Assembly (NCBI RefSeq): GCF_009914755.1
Contig: NC_060933.1
Strand: one strand, 5' to 3'
From: the human T2T-CHM13v2.0 reference genome, Homo sapiens
Length of the DNA: 64,000 nt
In this document: positions 28,801-42,600 of the stretch, one piece after another
Numbering within the stretch: position 1 is the stretch's first letter
Layout: each line of letters opens with the position of its first letter
The notes under the pieces: generated by a model
The model's input: the letters and a program-made list of their open reading frames with translations, nothing else
Database searches by the model: none
Told to the model about the DNA's origin: nothing
Translations under genes and position numbers: made by a program

Positions 28801-30540
28801 TAGAGTCAATCCGAATGTAATGGAATGGAATGGAACGGAATGGAATGGAATGGAATGCAATGGAATGGAATCAACCCGAGTGCAATGGAATGAAGAGGAA
28901 TGGAATGGAATGGAATGGAAACTACCCGAATGGAATGGAATGTAATGGAGTGTAAGGGAATTGAATAGAATCAATCCGAATGTAATGGAATGGAATGGAA
29001 CGGAATGGAATGGAATGGAATGGAATGGAATGGAATGGAATGCAATGGAATGGAATCAACCCGAGTGCAATCGAATGGAATCGAATGGAATGGAATGCAA
29101 TGGAATAGATTCAACTTGAATGGAATGGAAAGAATGGAATCAACACGAGTGGAAGGGCATGGATTGGAATGCAAAGGAATGGAATCAACCCGATTACAGG
29201 GGAATGGAATGGAATGGAATGCAATGGAATGGAATCATCCGTAATGGAATGGAAAGGAATGGAATGGAATGGAATGGAATGGAATGGAATGGAATGGAAT
29301 GGAATCAACACGATTGCAATCGAATGGAATGGAGTGGAATTAACCCGAATAGAATGGAATGGAATGGAATGGAACGGAACGGAATGGAATGGAATGGAAT
29401 GGAATGGAATGGAACGGAACGGAACGGAATGGAATGGAATGGAATGGAATGGAATGGAATGGAATGGAATCAACGCGAGTGCAGGGGAATGGCATGGAAT
29501 GGAATGCAATGGAATGGAATCTTCCGGAATGGAATTGAATGGAATGGAATGAAATGCAATGGATTCAACTCGGTTGCAATGGAATGGAATAGAATGGAAT
29601 GGAATGGAATGGAATGGGATTAACCCGAATAGAATGGAATTGAATGGAATGCAACGGAATGGAACGGAATGGAATGGAATGGAATGGAATGGAATGGAAT
29701 GGTATGGAATGGAATGGAATGGTACGGAATACAATGGAATGGAACGAATTGTAATGGAATGGAATTGAATGGAAAGGAATGGAATGGAATGGAATCAACG
29801 CGAGTGCAGGGGAATGTAATGGAACGGAATGCAATGGAATGGAATCATCCGGAATGGAATGGAATGGAATGGAATGGAATGGAATGGAATCAACCCGAGT
29901 GCAATGGAATGGAGTGGAATGGAATGGAATGGAATGGAACAATCCGAATGGAATGGAATGTAATGGAGAGTAAGGGAGTTGAATAGAATCAATCCGAATG
30001 TAATGGAATGGAATGCAACAGAATGGAATGGAATGGAATGGAATGGAATGGAATGGAATGGAATGCAAAGGAAATTAATCAACCCGAGTGGAATGGCATG
30101 GAATGGAATGCAATGGATTGGAATGGAATGGAATCAACTCGAGTGGAAAGGAATGGAATGGAATGGAAATGAATGGAATGAACTCAACTCGAGTGGAATG
30201 GAATGGAATGGAATGGATTGGAATGGATTGCAATGGAATGAACTGGAATGGAATGGAATGGAATCAATCATGGAAGGGAATGTAATGGAGTGGAAAGAAG
30301 GGAATGGAATCAACCCGAGTGGAATGCAAGGCAATGGAATGGAATGGAAAGGAATGGAATGCAATCAACTCGATTGCAATGGAATGGAATGGAATGAAAT
30401 GGAATGGAGTTAACCGGAATAGAATGGAATGGAACGGAATGGAATGGAATGGAAGGGAATGGAATCAACACGAGTGCAGGGGAATGGAATGGAATGGAAT
30501 GCAATGGAATGGAATCATCCGGAATGGAATGGAATGGAAT

Positions 30541-30560
30541 GGAATAAACCCATTCCGTTC
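30541..30560. other. Strand-switch (inversion) junction within the HSat3 array
   Basis: The sequence reads GGAATAAAC-CC-ATTCCGTTC. The left word GGAATAAACCC(GAG) is truncated at 30551 and the right (TT)CCATTCC run begins at 30550. No foreign bases are inserted. Confidence 0.95.
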
Positions 30561-33500
30561 CATTGTACTCGGGTTGATTCCATTCCATTGCATTCCATTC
30601 CATTCCATTCCATTCCATTCCATTCCATTCCATTCCATTCCGTTTCATTCCATTACATTCGGATTGATTCTATTCAACTCCCTTACTCTCCATTACATTC
30701 CATTCCATTCGGGTTGTTCCATTCCATTCCATTCCATTCCACTCCATTCCATTGCACTCGGGTTGATTCCATTCCATTCCATTCCATTCCATTCGATTCC
30801 ATTCCATTCCAATTCTTTCCATTCCATTCTATTCCGTACCATGCCATTCCATTCCATACAATTCCATTCCATTCCATTCCACTCATTCCACTCCGTTCCG
30901 TTCCGTTCCGTTACGTTCCATTCCGTTCCGTTCCATTCCATTCCATTCCATTCTATTCGGGTTAATTCCATTCCATTCCATTCGATTGCAATCGAGTTGA
31001 TTCCATTCCATTCCATTCCATTCCATTCCATTCCATTCCATTCCATTCCTTTCCATTCCATTACGGATGATTCCATTCCATTGCATTCCATTCCATTCCA
31101 TTCCCCTGTACTCGGGTTGATTCCATTCCATTCCATTCCAATCCATGGCATTCCACTCGTGTTGATTCCATTCTTTCCATTCCATTCAAGTTGAATCCAT
31201 TCCATTGCATTCCATTCCATTCGATTCCATTCGATTGCACTCGGGTTGATTCCATTCCATTGCATTCCATTCCATTCGATTCCATTCCATTCCATTCCAT
31301 TCCATTCCATTCCGTTCCATTCCATTCCATTACATTCGGATTGATTCTATTCAATTCCGTTACACTCCATTACATTCCATTCCATTCGGGTAGTTTCCAT
31401 TCCATTCCATTCCATTCCTCTCCATTCCATTGCACTCGGGTTGATTCCATTCCATTCCATTCCATTCAATTCCATTCCGTTCCATTCCATTCCATTACAT
31501 TCGGATTGATTCTATTCAACTCCCTTACTCTCCATTACATTCCATTCCATTCGGGTTGTTCCATTCCATTCCATTCCATTCCACTCCATTCCATTGCACT
31601 CGGGTTTATTCCATTCAATTCCATTACATTCCATTCCATTCCATTCCGTTCCGTTCCATTCCATTCCATTCCATTCTATTCGGGTTAATTCCATTCCATT
31701 CCATTCCATTCCATTCCAATCGAGTTGATTCCATTCCATTCCATTCCATTCCATTCCACTCCATTCCAGTCCTTTCCATTCCATTCCACTCGGGTTGATT
31801 CCAATGTATTCCTTTCCATTCCATTTCATTCCATTGCAATCGAGTTGATTCCATTGCTTTGCATTCCATTCCTTTCCATTCCATTCCGGATGATTCCATT
31901 CCATTGCATTCCATTCCATTCCATTCTCCTGCACTCGGGTTGATTCCATTCCATTCCACTCCATTCCATTCCATTCCATTCCATTCCATTGTATTCGGGT
32001 TAATTCCATTCCATTGCATTCCATTCCATTCCATTCCATTACAATCGAGTTGATTCCATTCCATTCCATTCCATTCCATTCCTTTCTGTTCCATTCCATT
32101 CCATTCCATTCCATTCTATTCGTGTTAATTCCATTCCATTCTATTCCATTCCATTCCATTGAAATCGAGTTGATTCCATTCCATTCCATTCCATTCCATT
32201 CCATTCCGGATGATTCCATTGCATTGCATTCCATTCCATTCCATTCCCCTGCACTCGGGATGATTCCATTCGATTCCTTTGCATTACATTCCGTTCCATT
32301 CCGTTCCATTTCATTCTATTCGGGTTAATTCCATTCCATTGCATTCCACTCCATTCCAGTCCTTTCCATTCCATTCCACTCGGGTTGATTCCATTCTATT
32401 CCTTTCCATTCCATTCCATTCCATTGCAATCGAGTTGATTCCATTCGAGTTGAATCCATTCCATTCCATTCCATTCCATTGCACACGGGTTCATTCCATT
32501 CCATTCCATTCCATTCCATTCCATTCGATTCCATTCCGTTCGATTCCATTCCATTGCAATTCTTTCCATTCCATTCTATTCTGTACCATTCCATTCCATT
32601 CCATACAATTCCATTCCATTCCATTGCATTCCATTCCATTCCATTCCATTCGGTTCCGTTCCGTTCCGTTCCGTTCCATACCATTCCATTCCATTCTATT
32701 CGGGTTAATTCCATTCCATTCCATTCCATTCCATTCCATTCCATTCTATTCCATTTCATTGCAATCGAGTTGAATCCATTGCATTCCATTCCATTCCATT
32801 CCATTCCTTTCCATTCCATTACGGATGATTCCATTCCATTGCATTACATTCCATTCCATTCCCCTGTACTCGGGTTGATTCCATTCCATTCCATTCCATT
32901 CCATTCCATTCCATTCTATTCCATTCCATTCCATTCCATTCTGGCAGATTCCATTCCATTTCATTCCATTCCATTCCATTCCCCTGCACTCGCGTTGATT
33001 CCTTTCCATTCCATTCCATTCCGTTCCGTTCTGTTCCATTCCATTCCATTCCGTTCCGTTCCGTTCCGTTCCGTTCCATTCCATTCCATTCCATTCTACT
33101 CGGGTTAATTCCATTCCATTCCATTCCATTCCACTCCATTCCAGTCCTTTCCATTCCATTCCACTCGGGTTGATTCCAATGTATTCCTTTCCATTCCATT
33201 CCATTCCATTGCAATCGAGTTGATTCCATTGCTTTGCATTCCATTCCATTCCATTCCATTCCGGATGATTGCATTCCATTGCATTCCATTCCATTCCATT
33301 CCCCTGCCCTCGGGTTGATTCCATTGCATTCCACTCCATTCCGTTCCATTCCATTCCATTCCATTGTATTCGTGTTAATTCCATTCCATTCCATTCCATT
33401 CCATTCCATTCCATTCCAGTCCTTTCCATTCCATTCCACTCGGGTTGATTCCATTCTATTAGTTTCCATTCCATTCCATTCCCTTTCATTCCACTCTGGT

Positions 33501-33920
33501 TGATTCCATTCCTTTCCATTCCACTCGAATACATTCCCTCCTATTCCCTCGGAACAATTCCATTCCATTCCATTGCATTCTATTCCATTCCATACCATTT
33601 CGTTCCATTCCATTCTATTCCGTATCATTCCATTCCATTCCATTCCATTCCATTCCATTCCATTCCATTCCTTTGTACTCCGGTTGATTCCATTCCATTG
33701 CATTCCATTCCATTCCATTCCATTCCATTGCGTTGCATTCCATTCCATTACATTCGGATTGATTCTATTCAACTCCCTTACTCTCCATTACATTCCATTC
33801 CATTCGGGTTGTTCCATTCCATTCCATTCCATTACACTCCATTCCATTGCACTCGGGTTGATTCCATTCCATTCCATTCCATTCCATTCCATTCCATTCC
33901 ATTCCGGATGATTCCATTCC

Positions 33921-34410
33921 ATTGCATTCCGTTCCATTACATTCCCCTGCACTCGCGTTGATTCCATTCCATTCCATTCCATTCCATTCAATTTCATTCC
34001 ATTACAATTCGTTCCATTCCATTCTATTCCGTACCATTCCATTCCATTCCATTCCAATCGAGTTGATTCCATTCCATTCCATTCCATTCCATTCCACTCC
34101 ATTGCAGTCCTTTCCATTCCATTCCACTCGGGTTGATTCCAATGTATTCCTTTCCATTCCATTCCATTCCATTGCATTCCGTTCCATTACATTCCCCTGC
34201 ACTCGCGTGGATTCCATTCCATTCCATTAAATTCCATTCCATTACAATTCGTTCCATTCCATTCTATTCCGTACCATTCCATTCCATTCCATTCCAATCG
34301 AGTTGATTGCATTCCATTCCATTCCATTCCATTCCACTCCATTCCAGTCCTTTCCTTTCCATTCCACTCGGGGTGATTCCAATGTATTCCTTTCCATTCC
34401 ATTCCATTCC
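33921..34410 (-). repeat. Local ~240-bp tandem duplication
   Basis: ATTACAATTCGTTCC occurs at 34001/34241 and AATGTATTCC at 34141/34381, with the intervening words in the same order. Confidence 0.8.
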
Positions 34411-37400
34411 ATTGCAATCGAGTTGATTCCATTGCTTTGCATTCCATTCCATTCCATTCCATTCCGGATGATTCCATTCCATTGCATTCCATTCAATTCC
34501 ATTCCCCTGCAATCTGGTTGATTCCATTCCATTCCACTCCTTTCCGTACCATTCCATTCCATTCCATTCCATTGTATTCGGGTTAATTCCATTCCATTTC
34601 ATTCCATTCCATTCCATTCCATTGCAATCGAGTTGATTCCATTCCATTTCATTCCATTCCATTCCATTACATTCCATTCCAATCGTGTTGATTCCATTCC
34701 ATTTCATTCCATTCCATTCCATTCTATTCCATTCCAGTCCTTTCCATTCCATTCCACTCGGGTTGATTCCATTCTATTAGTTTCCATTCCATTCCATTCT
34801 CTTCCATTCCACTCTGGTTGATTCCATTCCTTTCCATTCCACTCGAATACATTCCCTCCTATTCTACTCGGAACGATTCCATTCCATTCCATTCCATTCC
34901 ATTCCATTCCATTCCATTCCATTCCATTCCATTCCATTTCGTTCCATTCCATTCTGCTTCGTATCATTCCATTCCATTCCATTCCATTCCCTTCCATTCC
35001 ATTCCATTACATTCCACTCGTGTTGATTCCATTCCTTTCCATTCCATTCGGTTTGAAGGCATTCCATTCCATTCCATTCCATTCCATTCCATTCCATTGT
35101 ACTCGGGTTGATTCCATTCCATTGCATTCCATTCCATTCCAATCCGTTGCATTCCATTCCATTACATTCGGATTGATTCTATTCAACTCCCTTACTCTCC
35201 ATTACATTCCATTCCATTCGGGTTGTTCCATTCCGTTCCATTCCATACCACTCCATTCCATTGCACTCGGGTTGATTGCATTCCATTCCATTCCATTCCA
35301 TTCCATTCCGGATGATTCCGTTCCATTGCATTCCGTTCCATTACATTCCCCTGCACTCGCGTTGATTCCATTCCATTCCATTCCATTCCATTCCATTCCA
35401 TTCCATTCCGTTCCGTTCCATTCCGTTCCATTGCATTCCATTCCATTCTATTCGAGTTAATTCCATTCCATTCCATTCGATTGCAATCGAGTTGATTCCA
35501 TTCCATTCCATTCCATTCCGTTCCGTTCCATTCCATTCCATTCCATTCTATTCGGGTTAATTCGATTCCATTCCTTTCCATTCCATTCCATTCCATTCCA
35601 ATCGAGTTGATTCCATTCCATTCCATTCCATTCCATTCCACTCCATTCCAGTCCTTTCCATTCCATTACACTCGGGTTGATTCCGTTCTATTCCTTTCCA
35701 TTCCATTCCATTCCATTGCAATCGAGTTGATTCCATTGCTTTGCATTCCATTCCATTCCATTCCATTCCGGATGATTCCATTCCATTGCGTTCCATTCCA
35801 TTCCATTCCCCTGCACTCGGGTTGATTCCATTCCATTCCACTCCATTCCGTTCCATTCTAGTCCATTCCATTGTATTCGGGTTAATTCCATTCCATTCCA
35901 TTCCATTCCATTCCATTACAATGTATTTGATTCCATTCAATTCCATTCCATTCAATTCCATTCCAGTCCTTTCCATTCCATTCCACTCGGGTTGATTCCA
36001 TTCTATTAGTTTACATTCCATTCCATTCCCTTCCATTCCAATCTGGTTGATTCCATTCCTTTCCATTCCACTCGAATACATTCCCTCCTATTCCACTCAG
36101 AACGATTCCATTCCATTCCATTCCATTCCATTCCATTCCATTCCATTCCATTCCATTCCAGTTCGTTCCATTCCATTCTATTCCGTACCATTCTATTCCA
36201 TTCCATTCCTTTCCATTCCATTCCATTCCACTCGTGGTGATTCCATTCCTTTCCATTCCATTCGGTTTGAAGGCATTCCATTCCATTCCATTCCATTCCA
36301 TTCCATTCCCTTCCATTCCATTCCATTCCATTCCATTGTACTCGAGTTGATTCCATTCCATTGCATTCAATTCCATTCCATTCCATTCCATTGTACTCGA
36401 GTTGATTCCATTCCATTGCATTCCATTCCATTCCATTCCATTCCATTCCGTTGCATTCCATTCCATTACATTCGGATTGATTCTATTCAACTCCCTTACT
36501 CTCCATTACATTCCATTCCATTCGGGTTGTTCCATTCCATTCCATTCCATTCCACTCCATTCCATTGCACTCGGGTTGATTCCATTCCATTCCATTCCAT
36601 TCCATTCCATTCCATTCCATTCCGCGTGATTCCATTCCATTGCATTCCGTTCCATTACATTCCCCTGCACTCGCGTTGTTTCCATTCCATTCCATTCCAT
36701 TCAATTCCATTCCATTGCAATTCGTTCCATTCCATTCTATTCCGTACCATTCCATTCCATTACATACCATTCCATTCCATTCCATTCCATTCCGTTCCGT
36801 TCTGTTCCTTTCCATTCCATTCCATTCTATTCGGATTAATTCCATTCCATTCCATTCCATTCCATTCTATTCCATTCCATTGCAATCGAGTTGAATCCAT
36901 TGCATTTCATTCCATTCCATTCCATTCCATTCCATTCCGGAAGTTTCCATTCCATTGCATTCCATTCCATTCCATTCCCCTGCACTCGCGTTGATTCCAT
37001 TCCATTCCATTCCATTCCATTCCATTCCGTTCCGTTCAATTCCATTCCATTCCATTCCATTCCCCTGCACTCGCGTTGATTCCATTCCATTCCATTCCAT
37101 TCCATTCCATTCCGTTCCGTTCCATTCCATTCCATTCCATTCCATTCCATTCCATTCCGTTCCGTTCCATTCCATTCCATTCCATTCCATTCTATTCGGG
37201 TTAATTCCATTCCATTCCATTCGATTGCAATCGAGCTGATTCCATTCCATTCCATTCCATTGCATTCCATTCCATTCCATTTCATTCCATTCCATTCTAT
37301 TCCGTACCATTCTATTCCATCCCATTCCATTCCGTTCCATTCCATGCCATTACACTCGGGTTGAATCCATTCCTTTCCATTCCATTCTTGTTGAATCCAT

Positions 37401-39699
37401 TCCATTCCAGTCCATTCCATTCGAATCCATTCCATTGCACTCGGGTTGATTCCATTCCATTCCATTCCATTCCAGTCCTTTCCATTCCATTCCACTCGGG
37501 TTGATTCCATTCTATTAGTTTCCATTCCATTCCATTCTCTTCCATTCCACTCTGGGTGATTCCATTCCTTTCCATTCCACTCGAATACATTCCCTCCTAT
37601 TCCACTCGGAACGATTCCATTCCATTCCATTCCATTCCATTCCATTCCATTCCATTCCATTCCATTCCATTTCGTTCCATTACATTCTATTCCGTATCAT
37701 TCCATTGCATTCCATTCCATTCTATTCCATTCCATTCCACTCGTGTTGATTCCATTCCTTTCCATTCCATTCGGTTTGAACGCATTCCATTCCATTCCAT
37801 TCCATTCCATTCCATTCCATTGTACTCGGGTTGATTCCATTCCATTGCATTCCATCCCATTCCATTCCATTCCAATCCGTTGCATTGCATTCCATTACAT
37901 TCGGATTGATTCTATTCAACTCCCTTACTCTCCATTACATTCCATTCCATTCGGGTTGTTCCATTTCATTCCATTCCATTCCACTCCATTCCATTGCACT
38001 CGGGTTGATTCCATTCCTTTCCATTCCATTCCATTCCATTCCGGATGATTCCATTCCATTGCATTCCGTTCCATTACATTCCCCTGCACTCGCGTTGATT
38101 CCATTCCATTCCATTCCATTCCATTCCATTCCATTCCATTCCATGCCATTACAATTCGTTCCATTCCGTTCTCTTCCGTACCATTCCATTCCATTCCATA
38201 CCATTCCATTCCATTCCATTCCATTCCATTCCATTTCGTTCCATTCCGTTCCATTCCATTCCATTCCATTCTATTCGGGTTAATTCCATTCCATTCCATT
38301 CCATTCCATTCCATTCCATTCCATTCCATTCCAATCTATTCCATTCCATTGCAATCGAGTTGAATCCATTGCATTTCATTCCATTCCATTCCATTCCATT
38401 CCATTGCAATCGAGTTGAATCCATTGCATTTCATTCCATTCCATTCCATTCCATTCCATTCCGGAAGATTCCATTCCATTGCATTCCATTCCATTCCATT
38501 CCCCTGCACTCGCGTTGATTCCATTCCATTCCATTCCATTCCATTCCATTCCGTTCCGTTCCGTTCCGTTCCGTTCCATTTCATTCCATTCCATTCCATT
38601 CCATTCCATTCCATTCCGTTCCGTTCCATTCCATTCCATTCCATTCTATTCGGGTTAATTCCATTCCATTCCATTCGATTGCAATCGAGATGATTCCATT
38701 CCATTCCATTCCATTCCATTCCATTCCATTCCATTCCAATCGAGTTGATTCCATTCCATTCCATTCCATTCCATTCCACTCCATTCCAGTCCTTTCCATT
38801 CCATTCCACTCGGGTTGATTCCATTCTATTCCTTTCCATTCCATTCCATTCCATTGCAATCGAGTTGATTCCATTGCTTTGCATTCCATTCCATTCCATT
38901 CCATTCCAGATGATTCCATTCCATTGCATTCCATTCCATTCCATTTCCCTGCACTCGGGTTGATTCCATTCCATTCCACTCCATTCCCTTGCATTCCATT
39001 CCATTCCATTGTATTCGAGTTAATTCCATTCCATGCCATTTCATTCCATTCCATTCCATTCCATTCCATTCTATTACAATCGAGTTGATCATTCCATTCC
39101 ATTCCATTCCAGTCCTTTCCATTCCATTCCACTCGGGTTGATTCCATTCTATTAGTTTCCATTCCATTCCATTCCCTTCCATTCCACTCTGGTTGATTCC
39201 ATTCCTTTCCATTCCACTCGAATACATTCCCTCCTATTCCACTCGGAACGATTCCATTCCATTCCTTTCCATTCCATTCCATTCCATTCCATTCCATTTC
39301 CTTCCATTCCATACTATTCCGTACCATTCCATTCCATTCCATTCCTTTCCATTCCATTCCATTCCATTCCACTCTTGTTGATTCCATTCCTTTCCATTCC
39401 ATTCGGTTTGAAGGCATTCCATTCCATTCCGTTCCATTCCATTCCATTCCATTCCATTCCATTCCATTGTACTCGGGTTGATTCCATTCCATTTCATTCC
39501 ATTCCATTCCATTCCATTCCATTCCATTCCGTTGCATTCCATTCCATTACATTCGGACTGATTCTATTCAACTCTCTTACTCTCCATTCCATTCCATTCC
39601 ATTCGGGTTGTTCCATTCCATTCCATTCCATTCCACTCCATTCCATTGCACTCGGGTTGATTCCATTCCATTCCATTCCATACCTTTCCATTCCATTCC

Positions 39700-42600
39700 A
39701 TTCCATTCCATTCCGTTCCATTCCATTCCATTCCATTCCATTCCATTCCATTCCGTTCCATTCCATTCCATTACATTCGGATTGATTCTATTCAATTCCC
39801 TTACACTCCATTACATTCCATTCCATTCGGGTAGTTTCCATTCCATTCCTCTCCATTCCATTGCACTCGGGTTGATTCCATTCCTTTCCATTCCATTCCG
39901 GAAGATTCCATTCCATTGCATTCCATTACATTCCATTCCCCTGCACTCGCTTTGATTCCATTCCATTCCATTCCATTCCATTGCGTTCCATTGCATTCCA
40001 TTGCATTCCATTCCCCTGCACTCAGGTTGATTCCATTCCATTCCATTCCATTCCATTCCATTCCATTCCATTCCATTCCATTCCATTCTATTCGCGTTAA
40101 TTCCATTCCACTCCATTCCATTACATTCCATTGCAATGGACTTGATTCCATTCCATTCCATTCCATTCCATTCAAGTCCTTTCCATTCCATTCCACTCGT
40201 GTTGATTCCATTTTATTAGTTTCCATTCCATTCCATTCCCTTCCATTCCACTCTGGTTGATTCCATTCCTTTCCATTCCACTCGAATTCATTCCCTTCTA
40301 TTCCACTCGGAATGATTCCATTCCATTCCGTTCCATTCCATTCCATTCCATTCCATTTCGTTCCATTCCATTTTATTCCGTACCATTCCATTCCATTCCA
40401 TTCCATTCCATTCCATTCCATTCCATTCCATTCCATTCCATGCCATTCCACTCGGGTTGATTCCATTGCTTTCCATTCCATTTGGGTTGAATCCATTCCA
40501 TTCCATTCCATTCCATTCCATTCCATTCCATTCCATTCAATTGCACTAGGTTTGATTCCATTCCACTGCATTCCATTCCATTCCATTCCATTCCATTCCA
40601 TTCCATTCCCCTGCACTCGGGTTCATTCCATTCCATTCCATTTACTTCCATTCCATTCCATTCCATTCTATTACATTCTATTCGGATTAATTCCATTCCA
40701 TTCCATTCCATTCCATTCCATTCCATTCCATTCCATTCCATTGCAATCGAGTTGATTCCATTCCATTCCATTCCATTCCGGATGATTCCATTCCATTGCC
40801 TTCAATTCCATTCCATTCCCCTGCACTCGGGTTGATTCCATTCCATTCCATTCCATTCCATTCCATTCCATTCCATTTCATTCCGTTCCATTCTATTCCA
40901 TTCCATTCCATTCCATTCCATTCCATTCCATTCCATTCCATTGAAATCGAGTTGATTCCATTCCATTCCATTCCATTCCATTCCATTCCATTCTATTCGG
41001 GTTAATTCCATTCCATTCCATTCCATTCCATTCCATTCCATTCCATTCCATTCCATTCCATTCCATTGCAATCGAGTTGATTCCATTCCATTCCATTCAA
41101 TTCCGGATGATTCCATTCCATTGCCTTCAATTCCATTCCATTCCCCTGCACTCGGGTTGATTCCATTCCATTCCATTCCATTTCATTCCATTCCATTTCG
41201 TTCCATTCCATTATATTCCGTACCATTCCATTCCATTCCTTTCCATACCATTCCATTCCATTCCATTCCATTCCATTCCATTCCATTTCATTCCATTCCA
41301 TTTCGTTCCATTCCATTTTATTCTGTACTATTCCATTCCATTCCATTCTATTCCATTCCATTCCATTGCATTCCATTCCACTCCATTCCATGCCATTCCA
41401 CTCGGGTTGATTCCTTTCCCTTCCATTCCATTCGAGTTGAATCCATTCCATTCCATTCCATTCCATTCCATTCCATTCCATTCCATTCCATTGCACACGG
41501 GTTCATTCCATTCCATTCCATTCCATTCCATTCCATTCCATTCCATTCTATTCCTTTCCATTTCGTTCCATTCCATTCTATTCTGTACCATTGCATTCCA
41601 TTCAATTCCACTCCATTCCATGCCATTCCACTCGGGTTTATTCCATTTCTTTTCATTCCATTCGGGTTGAATCCATTCCATTCCATTCCATTCCATTCCT
41701 TTCGATTCCATTACATTGCACTCGGGATGATTCCATTCCATTCCATTCCATCCTATTCCATTCCATTCCATGACACTCCACTCGGGTTGATTCCATTCCT
41801 TTCCATTCCATTCGAGTTGAACCCATTCCATTCCATTCCACTCCATTCCATTCCATTCCATTCCACTCTATTCCATTCCATTCCATTCCATTCCATTCCA
41901 TTCCATTCCATTGCACACGATTTCATTCCACTCCATTCCATTCCATTCCATTCCATTCCATTCCATTTCGCTCCATTCCATTCTATTCCGTACCATTCCA
42001 TTCCATTCCATTCCATTCCATTCCATTCCATTCCATGCCATTCTACTCGGGTTGATTCCATTCCTTTCCATTCCATTCGAGTTGAACTCATTCCATTCCA
42101 TTCCATTCCATTCCATTCCATTCCATTCCATTGCACACGGGTTCATTTCATTCCATTCCATTCCATTCCATTCCATTCCATTCCATTTCGTTCCATTCCA
42201 TTCTATTCCATACCATTCCATTCCATTCCATTCCATTAGACTCCATTCCATGCCATTCCACTCGGGTTTATTCCATTCCTTTCCATTCCATTCGGGTTGA
42301 ATCCATTCCATTCCATTCCATTCCATTCCATTCGATTCCATTACATTGCACTCGTGTTGTTTCCATTCCATTCCATTCCATTCCATTCCATTCCATTCCA
42401 TTCCATGCCATTCCACTCGGGTTGATTCCATTCCATTCCATTCCATTCGAGTCGAACCCATTCCATTCCATTCCATTCCATTCCATTCCATTCCATTCCA
42501 TTCCATTCCATTGCACACGGTTTCATTCCATTCCATTCCATTCCATTCTATTCCATTTCGTTCCATTCCATTCTATTCCGTACCATTCCATTCCATTCCA

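Larger units (their letters stand above)
1..30551 (+). repeat. Satellite III (HSat3) array, G-rich (GGAAT)n strand on +
   Basis: Continuous GGAAT pentamers with variants (GGAAC, GCAAT, GTAAT, AGAAT), interrupted by CAACCCGAGT, CAACGCGAGT, CAACTCGATT and TTAACCCGAAT. A pentamer plus the CAACCCGA(G/A)T decamer is the established signature of human Satellite III. No unique sequence is present. Confidence 0.97.

Noticed and set aside
30304-31194. Chimeric ORF switching from MEWNG to IPFHS repeats
   Set aside because: It simply reads across the inversion junction. It marks the breakpoint and is not a gene.
29500-31600. Perfect palindrome or fold-back artefact centred on the junction
   Set aside because: The flanks are not mirror images. 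The left carries the GGAAAGAAGGG/GCAAGGC cassette, while the immediate right carries a different module order (TGTACTCGGG, CCTTACTCTCC).
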